Below are positions 16,192-24,983 of a stretch of DNA of 48,444 bases, in pieces. This DNA comes from Candidatus Thorarchaeota archaeon. GTDB lineage: Archaea > Asgardarchaeota > Thorarchaeia > Thorarchaeales > Thorarchaeaceae. The translations under genes and the position numbers were made by a program. The notes under the pieces were generated by a model. It saw only the letters and a program-made list of their open reading frames with translations. It was not told the origin of the DNA and did no database searches. The stretch's first letter is position 1; the number at the start of each line of letters is the position of its first letter. Where the stretch lies: assembly GCA_018238825.1 (NCBI GenBank), contig JABCSP010000001.1:1-48444 (forward strand), read 5' to 3'.

Positions 16192-17655
16192 ATGATTAAG
16201 GCGAGGATAAGGGGAATCTATTCACAATCATTGACGCAGATAATGCTGCAGAACCATTTTGAAATGGTTCAACCCACCCCAGAAGTGGCAAGAAGGTTTG
16301 GGCTACCTTATAGCAGTGATATTCCTGATGTCGACATCTGGGATAGAAGTGATTTGCAGGGTATTGTAGCTATTGCATACGAATCCATTTTGCATAAACT
16401 TACAGATGTTCTTCGAAGACGTATAGGTGGTGTAATCACTAGAACGCCAAGGGTGGCCAAGAGCTCTATCTATAGAGGTATTATACAAGGTAGAGATGAA
16501 AGAACTGGACAGACAAGAGTTAATCTCGGATTTATATCGGGTCTCATACCCGATAGAGGACTTCAACGAGGACAACATATGATGGTCCAAATTCGAGCTC
16601 ATGATTATGGTCGTAAGGCGCCCGTTTTATCCTCAAGCATTACAATACCAGGTCGTGCAGCAGTACTTTTACCGGAACCAGTTGTAAGACTTAGCACTAA
16701 AATCAAAGATCAGGATGCAAGACGTAATCTTACAAATCTTGGTAGAAAGATACGTGAACATACTGATGATTGGGGTATCTTATGGAGAACTTCCGCAGAG
16801 AATCTTACAGATAAGGAACTCCAAGATGAAGTCGATGATTTATTAGATACTACTCAGAGAATCTATAACAAATACGATGATTTGGAATCTACAGGAATTC
16901 TGTTTGAAGGAACTAGTAATGCAGATATCGAGTTTCCTGCTGAAGTGAAAGAGGCACTTGATAAAACCCGTGCTAAGATTAAACCCACGATAAAACGTCA
17001 TCACTTCTACAAGAGTGCAGGATACACATCACTAGTTGATCTTGCAGAGATGGTTATTGAAGACCGTCCCGAGGAACGAAAATACATCACTTCCAAGCTA
17101 GATAAAATAGTATCAAGGGATATTCCACGAGTAGATGATCCTGTTAATATTGAACATGTAAAATTAGATGGCCGGAATATTGTACTAGCACGTGGTAGAG
17201 TGAGTGAAACCACAGTGAACGGATTTGTGATAAGAAGACAATTCAGACATACAAGTAGAAAACTCAAACTTGTGAAAGAACATTCAGATGATGTGGATGT
17301 AGTAGGAGATGAGGGGGATTATGCTATGACTCACGTGATACCTGGAACTCTCACTCTCTTCACAAATTATTATTCTAGAACTGGAGAAATTAAAGGTACT
17401 TACGCTAATATCAATACAGGTGTAGAAGTGTATCCAAGTAACGGAACCAGTCCGGGTAAGATTCGTTATGTGGATCTTGAGATTGATGTTGTAAAAGCAC
17501 CTGTTGACCAACCACCGAGAATAATTGACCAACACCTACTCAAACGTGCGGTGCAGCGAGGCTTCATTACAGAAGAGATGGCTGAACAATCTAGAGAACT
17601 AGCTGACACAGTATCAAAACAGATGATAGAAGGAATAGACCCGATTAGTGAATGA
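16192..17655 (+). CDS. FAU-1-like RNA-binding protein / probable RNase E/G-like ribonuclease with C-terminal DUF402-like region
   Basis: 487 aa. N-terminus MIKARIRGIYSQSLTQIMLQNHFEMVQPT and overall length match the archaeal FAU-1 family. Confidence 0.65.
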   Translation: MIKARIRGIYSQSLTQIMLQNHFEMVQPTPEVARRFGLPYSSDIPDVDIWDRSDLQGIVAIAYESILHKLTDVLRRRIGGVITRTPRVAKSSIYRGIIQGRDERTGQTRVNLGFISGLIPDRGLQRGQHMMVQIRAHDYGRKAPVLSSSITIPGRAAVLLPEPVVRLSTKIKDQDARRNLTNLGRKIREHTDDWGILWRTSAENLTDKELQDEVDDLLDTTQRIYNKYDDLESTGILFEGTSNADIEFPAEVKEALDKTRAKIKPTIKRHHFYKSAGYTSLVDLAEMVIEDRPEERKYITSKLDKIVSRDIPRVDDPVNIEHVKLDGRNIVLARGRVSETTVNGFVIRRQFRHTSRKLKLVKEHSDDVDVVGDEGDYAMTHVIPGTLTLFTNYYSRTGEIKGTYANINTGVEVYPSNGTSPGKIRYVDLEIDVVKAPVDQPPRIIDQHLLKRAVQRGFITEEMAEQSRELADTVSKQMIEGIDPISE

Positions 17656-17664
17656 CATAGCAAT

Positions 17665-17913
17665 TCATTCTGTATTACTAATCGATTTTGATGTTCTTAG
17701 AGATAGATCAATTGCACTCATGATATCTTCAAGTGTTGCTCCAAGACTGCTAATACTTCTCTCACACTGTATTGTGATTAACAATTTTGTTCCTTCTACA
17801 GAACAAGTGATTGTTAGGCCTCTTGGAAGGGGTGTATTATCTGGAGTGATAGCTTCTAGAGTATGTTTTGCTACATCAGATGACTGAAAATCAAGTTTGA
17901 TTGTTGCAATCAT
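17665..17913 (-). CDS. pcc1: KEOPS subunit Pcc1
   Basis: 82 aa. Pattern (IKLDFQSSDVAKHTLEAITPDN...LLITIQCERSISSLGATLEDIMSAIDL) typical of the Pcc1/CTAG family. 4-nt overlap with the upstream RecJ-like gene. Confidence 0.6.
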   Translation of the reverse strand: MIATIKLDFQSSDVAKHTLEAITPDNTPLPRGLTITCSVEGTKLLITIQCERSISSLGATLEDIMSAIDLSLRTSKSISNTE

Positions 17914-19244
17914 TTTTTACCAGCGCCAATATTCAGTTGAACAATTTTCTGCAGTGCAATATCTTTCTCTTCGTCGTTCCCGATGATTGTGATTGATTTT
18001 GGTGATGATGATATTATTTTTGTATCAATAGAAAAGATTTCGTGAAGAACCATTTTGGTATTCAACTTAGATGATGGCCAAACAATTGTGAGTACCTCAC
18101 CATTATCTAATGCTACAGGACGGACTGAATCTACAATTCCAGATTCTAGTGCAATACGTCCAACATCAGGAAGAATTTCAGTCTTGGAACCAGTTAATTT
18201 TACTGTTGTCGTAGTAGTTGTGGAGTCACCTTGCAGATTTGATTCAAGATGATGAATTGTTGATATTACATCCTTATGATGATTCATATGACTGTCAATC
18301 AGAACTCGTAATGCCCTCCCACGGTCTCCAAGTAACACACTAACCAATGCCCCTAACTCATTTCGAGTCCATGCGGTTGCACCTATTGTTTCAATTCCCG
18401 AAACAAATCGTATCGGACTAGTATCACGTTCCCGAGTGATGATATAGTCCGTACCGAGCAATTGGGAAATTTTACTTGGATCCAGTCGCGTGATTAATAC
18501 GGATGTTAACCGTTGTGCCTCAGAGGAGTTTAGATTGCTCAGTGGAGTTCTGAGCTTTTGGATGGGTATCTCAGCCTCGTTTAATATCGCATCACACGCT
18601 TTTTGATTTCCACTTATTGTAGCCAAGTAAGGATGTGTACTGTAAAGGAGAGCTTCATCAAGTGGAAGCATAGTTACTCCAAAGAGCTTGAATCCCTTTC
18701 GTTCTTCGATTAATCCATTATTCTTAGCAAGTTTAATGATTTCTTTATTTGCTCCCCTCTTTGGTTCATTCATACCATTATGGAACAATGAACCTGCAGC
18801 TGCTAGTTGAAGATTGTAGTCATTCGTACCTTTCAAAGATTTTACGAAAACATACCCTGCTGCTGCCACAGTGGAATCAGTTCCAAGCGTGAATGAATTT
18901 ACCTGTTCGGACTCAGAGGTCCCACCAATAATTAGAGGATAGCCTTTACCTTTCTTGATTTTCTTTTTTCCAAGAATATCAATCCCAACTAGGATAATTG
19001 CAGATGAACTGTATTTTTCCCTCAATGTGTTAATTGTATCAATAGTCACCACAGGTTGTTGAAATGAGATATGGAAAAGAGATTCCAATCTAGAAATAGT
19101 CTGGGAAATAATTGTGCTTGTTATTGCAGCTTCAGGATATGGAGAGGTCACTAGTATGTTTTGATTACTTATCTGGAAATTGATATTCGTACAAACCTTC
19201 TCTAAAACCTTCAGAGATGGTGGTTTCTTTGCTGTCATGCTCAT
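17910..19244 (-). CDS. RecJ/Cdc45-like DHH-superfamily protein with degenerate catalytic motifs
   Basis: 444 aa. DHH-fold layout, but motif I reads ILVTSPYPEAAITS (no DxD) and the DHH position reads IIGGTSE. Motif II-like ILVGIDIL is kept. Immediately downstream of rps15. Confidence 0.55.
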   Translation of the reverse strand: MSMTAKKPPSLKVLEKVCTNINFQISNQNILVTSPYPEAAITSTIISQTISRLESLFHISFQQPVVTIDTINTLREKYSSSAIILVGIDILGKKKIKKGKGYPLIIGGTSESEQVNSFTLGTDSTVAAAGYVFVKSLKGTNDYNLQLAAAGSLFHNGMNEPKRGANKEIIKLAKNNGLIEERKGFKLFGVTMLPLDEALLYSTHPYLATISGNQKACDAILNEAEIPIQKLRTPLSNLNSSEAQRLTSVLITRLDPSKISQLLGTDYIITRERDTSPIRFVSGIETIGATAWTRNELGALVSVLLGDRGRALRVLIDSHMNHHKDVISTIHHLESNLQGDSTTTTTTVKLTGSKTEILPDVGRIALESGIVDSVRPVALDNGEVLTIVWPSSKLNTKMVLHEIFSIDTKIISSSPKSITIIGNDEEKDIALQKIVQLNIGAGKK

Positions 19245-19279
19245 CTCAAAGGAGTAGAGATATGTTGGTAATGATAAAA

Positions 19280-19741
19280 CTATCTTAAGAGAATAGCAGC
19301 TTGATCAGGACTGTACTTCCAATCTACAGGAAGAACTCGAGTCCTCCGATAATACTTTGAAAGTCTGTGAATTTTACTTTCAACAAGCTGAAGCCCGCGT
19401 TTTGTTACAAAATCCTTCTTGTTATCTTCAAGGTGTCTTCGCATAATTTGAGCTCTTGAGATCATGTTTCTAAGGTCTTCTGGAACATTTCGCGTTAGAC
19501 TATTTTCAAGAAGAATCTCCCTTATTTTCTTACCAGCCAATACTTTCACAAGTGGAACACCATATTGGTCTCGGAGAATCATACCAATCATAGAGGGAGT
19601 GTTTCCGGTCTTTGCAAGCTCAATCACCTTTTCCTCTACCCACTTAGCGTCCTTTTCTTTGTCTATCCATTCAGGCACGCGTAGGGTTGAAGGGCGATTG
19701 CTGCCAGACTGGCCCTTGCGTCGTGTGTGCATTCTTGCCAT
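19280..19741 (-). CDS. rps15: 30S ribosomal protein S15 (uS15)
   Basis: 153 aa. MARMHTRRKGQSGSNRPS N-terminus and an S15 helical C-terminal domain. Confidence 0.9.
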   Translation of the reverse strand: MARMHTRRKGQSGSNRPSTLRVPEWIDKEKDAKWVEEKVIELAKTGNTPSMIGMILRDQYGVPLVKVLAGKKIREILLENSLTRNVPEDLRNMISRAQIMRRHLEDNKKDFVTKRGLQLVESKIHRLSKYYRRTRVLPVDWKYSPDQAAILLR

Positions 19742-19831
19742 TTAAACAACCTCTAGATTATCTATTCCCCAAAAAGTATGGGTCTGCCCCACGGCCTAAA
19801 GTTGTTGATATAAAGATTACCTTGTGTTGAC

Positions 19832-20458
19832 TTAATGATATCTTCCCCGCTCACGAATTTCTTCCATACGGGAGAGTGTATCCTTAGCTTCTTTGCCCAA
19901 TGAATCTGAATAACCTTTGATTGTAGCTTCAAGCATACTTTCCTGTAATTCCCAATGAGTGGTTTCTAGGGTTCTCTGAATTAGATGGAGGTCTACACCT
20001 TTCATCTCAACTGTGGCATTCATCTCTGATAATCCAAAATCTACTAGCCAGAGTCGAAACTTTGAATCGACAATCAAATTACTGGTTGTAGGGTCTCCAT
20101 GGACTACATCACCCTTGTGTAATAATGCAATCGAGTGTCCAAACTCACGACAGAATTCTTTCAACTGGTTTTCGGTAAGAGTGTCAGCAAGCTGTTTAAA
20201 CTGGGTGCCTTCAATATAGTCCATTAGAATTGTATAATCACCAAGATTCACAGCATAAACGGCTGGAGTACGTACCCCAAGAGACCTAGCTACTGACAAC
20301 ATTTTACATTCTCTACTTGTTCTTGTCTTTCTAAGATGTGAATCAATATCCTTGAAGAGATATGGTTTTGATTGACGCCATTTTAAAACAAAATACTGAT
20401 TCCATCTCTCAATCTTCAGGATGACAGACTCAGCACCTTGAGCAATGAGTTCCTCCAA
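19832..20458 (-). CDS. bud32: KEOPS kinase/ATPase Bud32
   Basis: 208 aa. RIO-like small kinase with catalytic HGDPTTSNLIV and DFGLS motifs. 2 nt downstream of kae1. Confidence 0.85.
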   Translation of the reverse strand: MEELIAQGAESVILKIERWNQYFVLKWRQSKPYLFKDIDSHLRKTRTSRECKMLSVARSLGVRTPAVYAVNLGDYTILMDYIEGTQFKQLADTLTENQLKEFCREFGHSIALLHKGDVVHGDPTTSNLIVDSKFRLWLVDFGLSEMNATVEMKGVDLHLIQRTLETTHWELQESMLEATIKGYSDSLGKEAKDTLSRMEEIRERGRYH

Positions 20459-20460
20459 TT

Positions 20461-21453
20461 TTATGTCCTCCAGAGAATGTCTTGTTCATCAGTACGCCAT
20501 TTGGGGAGAACCTGTGAATCATTAATCTCAATTGTACGTCCAGCCTTGAACTGTAGTATCCCGTTCCATGCAATCATTGCCCCTTGATCACCTGCTAGTG
20601 GTGGAGAAACTCTATGGAATTTTACATCATGTCGTTTTGAAACTCCTTCAAGCATCTCTGTAAGGCGATTGTTTCGAGCCACACCACCAGTTAACAGAAG
20701 TTCTTGTTTCTTTGTATGAGCAAGGGCGCGTTCTGCAATTTCTGCTAGCATACCAAAAGCAGTTTCCTGAACACTGAAACAAATATCTGGAATCGAAATG
20801 CCTTCGGAGAATAGTTTCTTTGCAGCAGTTAGCATTCCTGAATAGCTTAGATCCATCCCCTTTACAGAGTAAGGTAGACTGTGATAGTTAGTTCCTTGTT
20901 TTGCAAGTTTTTCAACAATTGGCCCAGCAGGAAATCCCATCCCAAGTTCACGTCCTAAGACATCTAGCATATTGCCAATAGCTATATCCAGTGTTTCACC
21001 GAATGTTCTAAATCGACCACCGGCGTAAGCTATTACTTGACTATTTCCACCTGAAACATATACTGTTACTGGGTCCTTGAAACGAGATTCAAGACAACCT
21101 ATTTCTATATGGGCAACACAATGATTAACGTCTACAAGTGGAACGTCTAATTTCAATGAAAGTGTTCGAGCCATAGTGGCAGTAGTCCTCAGGCAGGGAC
21201 CGAGGCCAGGACCTCTGGAGAATGCAATGAGATCAATATCATTGTAATTGATTCCAGCTTTTTCTAACGCATTATTGATTATACTAGGTCCTAAATCAGA
21301 ATGGTGTCTGCTAGCCTCTCGTGGATGGATTCCGCCCTGAGCAGGTTTCAACATATCCCATTCATTTGATAGTACTTTACCATCATCTGTGACGATTCCT
21401 GCACCAAAAGAATGAGCAGTCCCTTCAAGTCCCAGACAAATTAGTGCCATCAT
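20461..21453 (-). CDS. kae1: tRNA N6-adenosine threonylcarbamoyltransferase Kae1
   Basis: 330 aa. GLEGTAHSFGAGIV N-terminus, metal-binding HCVAHIE, ASKHA fold pattern. Confidence 0.9.
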   Translation of the reverse strand: MMALICLGLEGTAHSFGAGIVTDDGKVLSNEWDMLKPAQGGIHPREASRHHSDLGPSIINNALEKAGINYNDIDLIAFSRGPGLGPCLRTTATMARTLSLKLDVPLVDVNHCVAHIEIGCLESRFKDPVTVYVSGGNSQVIAYAGGRFRTFGETLDIAIGNMLDVLGRELGMGFPAGPIVEKLAKQGTNYHSLPYSVKGMDLSYSGMLTAAKKLFSEGISIPDICFSVQETAFGMLAEIAERALAHTKKQELLLTGGVARNNRLTEMLEGVSKRHDVKFHRVSPPLAGDQGAMIAWNGILQFKAGRTIEINDSQVLPKWRTDEQDILWRT

Positions 21454-21551
21454 ACATACCTCGGGTCGTTAATCTTCTAACATGAATGGACTGCTATTTC
21501 AAATTGACTCTTTCGTTCAAGCCCAAAAAATATACCTCATGTAGCAAAGGC

Positions 21552-21560
21552 TTTATAATA
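21552..21560 (+). promoter_or_regulatory. TATA box (TTTATAATA) with a purine-rich BRE-like flank, for the Sm gene
   Basis: AAAGGCTTTATAATA lies about 25-30 nt upstream of the GTG at 21585, which is compatible with a leaderless or very short-leader transcript. Confidence 0.4.
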
Positions 21561-21584
21561 CTCGCAAATGGCCTCTCTTAATAG

Positions 21585-21818
21585 GTGCACTATGTGTCCG
21601 AGAAAATGCCCATTAAAGCTCTTGAACAGCAACTAAATGAGGTTATTTCTGTCAAGCTCAAGGATCAGAGAATATTCCGAGGACACTTGACAAGATGTGA
21701 TATGTATATGAATCTCACACTTGCTGATGCCGAAGAACTTGAGAATGATGAAACAAGAGCAAAGTATGGTCAAGTTCTGATTAGAGGTAATAATATCCTC
21801 TGGATTCAGATAACCTAA
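21585..21818 (+). CDS. Sm-like archaeal protein (SmAP/LSm)
   Basis: 77 aa. Sm1/Sm2 motifs (ISVKLKDQRIFRGHLTRCDMYMNLTLADAEE ... LIRGNNILWI). An alternative ATG start lies at 21606. Confidence 0.85.
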   Translation: MHYVSEKMPIKALEQQLNEVISVKLKDQRIFRGHLTRCDMYMNLTLADAEELENDETRAKYGQVLIRGNNILWIQIT

Positions 21819-21825
21819 GCAAGTA

Positions 21826-23865
21826 TTATCTTTCAATTTCTCTGCGGTATTTTTCCACTAGCTCTACTAGCTGTTCCTCACCTTTCAATCGGGCTTGTTC
21901 ACGAACATCTTTGATGAATACATGGAAAACCTTGTCAAATTTTTTACGACTAATATATGCAAACTCATCAACTCGTTGTAGATCCACATCTTTTGCATCA
22001 ATAACAGGGATTACTGCTTTTACCAATTCATCTCTAGGAAGATGAGACAAGGGTGTATCGATAACCAAAGCACGTACTTCATGTTCAATGAGTATACCTG
22101 CAGTTTGAGGGCCTCCTCCTGAAGCATCTTCAAATAAGATGATATCCCCTTGTTTTAAGCCTACTTTTTGATTGTACTCTGCTATACTCTCACGATTAAA
22201 TTGAGGAATCACTTTGACAGCGAGCATATCTCCACGCATTTCGAGATGCTTTACTCCCTTTAGCAACTCAAGTCTGGATTTCAAGGTCTTCATCTGTTTG
22301 TTAAGGCGCTCAGATTCTCGTTGTGCCCTCTTTAGAGCAGTCTTCGATTTTGCAACCTCTCTATCACGTTTTATCTTCCAATAGTTCTCTTGATTAACAA
22401 TATCTAGACTATCAGATAGTTCACTCTCACGAAATTTGAGAAACTCTACGAAACGTTTGAGATCATCTACGTTATCAGTAAGTAGACTATTATCAAGAGC
22501 CAACTGCTCAGTTTTGATCCTAAGTGCATCATAGCGCTCTTGCGTTAGCTCCTCTTCTGGTTGTGGTTGTTCTTCGGGGATAGTTTCAATTACCTCAGAG
22601 TCCACACGCTCCAATGTTGCGCGTGCTTCATTGATTGATGTACCTTTAATCACTAAAGCTTTCAGATGATTTCGATCTATCTGGAGTTGTTCCTCTCTAA
22701 CCATGCGATCTATCTGTTGTAATTTTGACTGTATTGAACGATATGCAAAAACAGCTGCAGTCAAAGCATCACGTTCATGAGCATTCCGTACTCGAATTTC
22801 ACCAGAATATTCTCTCGCCAATTCTTGTTTTTCTGAAACTGGGATTGGTTTTTGTGGTGTGTATACTGTGGCATTTACTGTACTAGCAATCTTCTCTACG
22901 AAATGAGGTACTTGTGGTACGTCAGAAGCAATCATAACAGGTATACCTTTTTCGTAGACCTCGCGTATCATATCAGCTCTAGTTAACCCCTTTCTGCTTC
23001 TTAGTACTTGTATTCGTCCATCCAAAGAAAGAAGACAGTATGCTGCTGTGGTTCCAGGGTCTATTCCGAGTATGAAATATTTAGCTTTTGTACTGGGAGT
23101 TGTTGATTTAGCTTCAAGAAGTATAAATTCTACACGTTTCCGAACAGGTGAGATCAAGACTTTCCAATCACCACTTTTTTTTGTTTCAACTAAACTTCGA
23201 ATAACAGGAAGAGGTGCGCTAGTCACCAGACGAGCACTTGAATATCCAAAATCTGATTTTCGTATATCAATGTCATAATCTATATTTTCATCCTTTAGTT
23301 GAGACTCTATGAAGCGTGTCATCTGTTGAATCTCTGAATGAATTCTTCGCCGGAATCTGTTGGCGCTCTGACCGCCGCGTCCTGGTTTCTTACCACGTGA
23401 TACCTTAATCTCACTTTGCTCACTAAAACATTCCAGTGAATGACCTACACCTCTAAAAGCAAGCTGAGTTACGATGCGAGCTGACTCTAATGCATTAGGT
23501 TTACCTTTAACATTGAGACCATGGCGTCTAGCTAATATTTTGAGAGCAATTTGTCGCGGAGGAATACCAGTCACTTGAACTATCCGTGTTTCAGTAGGAA
23601 TTCTATCAACCAAGCCAAATAGAGACTTGCTATCAGGGACTATTTCAAAGATATTGTCTGTGCAGAGCCACTTTGGATTTATTTCCCGAGTCAGTTTCAA
23701 TAGTGCTCCTCGCGATATCTCGGGATATTCGTTGAGAATGACCCCATCACGCATTATCACACATGCGAACTTTGGAGTTTTTTTAGATCTGGGACTGTGT
23801 GACGGTAGAATATCAAAACCAATGATGAATACGTTCTCATTCTCATCGTCCATTTGGCTCAGCAC
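21826..23865 (-). CDS. DUF460-family protein (predicted RNase H-fold nuclease with long coiled coil)
   Basis: 679 aa. Two RNase H-like segments (VFIIGFDI..., YFILGIDPGTTAAYCLL) and a central coiled coil. GTG start at 23865 or ATG at 23853. Confidence 0.6.
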   Translation of the reverse strand: MLSQMDDENENVFIIGFDILPSHSPRSKKTPKFACVIMRDGVILNEYPEISRGALLKLTREINPKWLCTDNIFEIVPDSKSLFGLVDRIPTETRIVQVTGIPPRQIALKILARRHGLNVKGKPNALESARIVTQLAFRGVGHSLECFSEQSEIKVSRGKKPGRGGQSANRFRRRIHSEIQQMTRFIESQLKDENIDYDIDIRKSDFGYSSARLVTSAPLPVIRSLVETKKSGDWKVLISPVRKRVEFILLEAKSTTPSTKAKYFILGIDPGTTAAYCLLSLDGRIQVLRSRKGLTRADMIREVYEKGIPVMIASDVPQVPHFVEKIASTVNATVYTPQKPIPVSEKQELAREYSGEIRVRNAHERDALTAAVFAYRSIQSKLQQIDRMVREEQLQIDRNHLKALVIKGTSINEARATLERVDSEVIETIPEEQPQPEEELTQERYDALRIKTEQLALDNSLLTDNVDDLKRFVEFLKFRESELSDSLDIVNQENYWKIKRDREVAKSKTALKRAQRESERLNKQMKTLKSRLELLKGVKHLEMRGDMLAVKVIPQFNRESIAEYNQKVGLKQGDIILFEDASGGGPQTAGILIEHEVRALVIDTPLSHLPRDELVKAVIPVIDAKDVDLQRVDEFAYISRKKFDKVFHVFIKDVREQARLKGEEQLVELVEKYRREIER

Positions 23866-23878
23866 TCACTCAGATGGT

Positions 23879-23906
23879 AATAGTTTGAACTGGCTATCAA
23901 ACTATT
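23879..23906. promoter_or_regulatory. Perfect 10-bp inverted repeat (AATAGTTTGA-8 nt-TCAAACTATT), candidate operator
   Basis: Read directly from the sequence. Lies in the divergent DUF460/ArsR intergenic region, 14 nt upstream of the DUF460 GTG. A TATA-like TATAATAAA at 23954-23962 precedes the ArsR gene. Confidence 0.4.
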
Positions 23907-23997
23907 TGTCTTGACGGTTATCTGTGGAATCATTATGCTCCTCAAACAACAAGTATAATAAAGGCGCGCTTGAGCAACACGGCAAGACTTTCTCGAG

Positions 23998-24288
23998 GTG
24001 CAACAACTGTCCGAAACACTACAAATTGATAACAAAGATGCAATACTTAAGATTGGACGTGCTCTATCATCCGGGACTAGGCTAAAAATTCTACATCTTC
24101 TTCTTCAAGGAGAGAAAGATGTAACACGAGTAGCTCGTCACCTTGGTGGAACAGAGGCTAATGCAAGTGCACAGATTAAAATCTTGTACGAAGCTGGTTT
24201 GTTAGAATGCAGATATGAACCAGGTCAGCATGGTCTGAAAAAGATATCAAAGACAAAAGTGAAACGTATCACTATTGACTTAGATTGA
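23998..24288 (+). CDS. ArsR/SmtB-family winged-helix transcriptional regulator
   Basis: 96 aa. ALSSGTRLKILHLLLQGEKDVTRVARHLGGTEANASAQIKILYEAGLL is a typical ArsR HTH. Confidence 0.75.
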   Translation: MQQLSETLQIDNKDAILKIGRALSSGTRLKILHLLLQGEKDVTRVARHLGGTEANASAQIKILYEAGLLECRYEPGQHGLKKISKTKVKRITIDLD

Positions 24289-24326
24289 ACTGGTTACAAC
24301 TAATTTTATTCAGCTGGAGAGTTTGT

Positions 24327-24950
24327 TTAACTAACAAGATGAGCTTTCCAGCGACGTATTCTTTTCAGAATATTATCTCGCTCTTCGGTCCTGATTGACC
24401 GTTTTCCACGGGCTTTTAGGAAATTCAGGACTATATCTATATCACGTGCGACCTTTTCCTTTTTCTCATCATCATCAATAAGGTATTCCTTTGCAGCCTG
24501 AAGATATTCGAGGATTATGTCTGCAGTTGCCTCTCCAGTCCTAAGTTCAAGAGCTATGGGATCAAGAACTCTACTTACTTTGGCATTCGATGAACTTGAA
24601 TCCGAAGAATCAGTGTTGATACTTTCCTCCTCATCAGTAGTATCTGTAATTTCTTGTGTTGATGATGAGGGAGAATCTGGATTTGGATTATTTTCCTCTA
24701 TTGAATCAGAGGTTGGTTCTAATTCAACTGTATCATTTAATGGTTTTATTTCCGAGAATAGAGGTACAATAGAAGGAGGCATATCAACTGGGAGTCCTGT
24801 GACTAGATGAAGGCGTTCTCTCAATTCTCGTAACTGATCAAAGAGCTCTACAAGGCTAGATTGCATATGGTCGATTAATTGTCGGATATCATTCAATTCA
24901 TCATCGTTCAAGGACTTGAAGCCCCCAGAGTATTTCACTAATGATTTCAA
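24327..24950 (-). CDS. Hypothetical protein with coiled-coil N-terminus, acidic Ser/Asp/Glu-rich linker and basic helical C-terminus
   Basis: 207-aa ORF 33 nt downstream of herA on the same strand. Low-complexity centre (SDSIEENNPNPDSPSSSTQEITDTTDEEESINTDSSDSSSSN). No family recognised. Confidence 0.45.
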   Translation of the reverse strand: MKSLVKYSGGFKSLNDDELNDIRQLIDHMQSSLVELFDQLRELRERLHLVTGLPVDMPPSIVPLFSEIKPLNDTVELEPTSDSIEENNPNPDSPSSSTQEITDTTDEEESINTDSSDSSSSNAKVSRVLDPIALELRTGEATADIILEYLQAAKEYLIDDDEKKEKVARDIDIVLNFLKARGKRSIRTEERDNILKRIRRWKAHLVS

Positions 24951-24983
24951 TTTATGGTCTTATCAGGCTTGCGGGGAGGGGCT

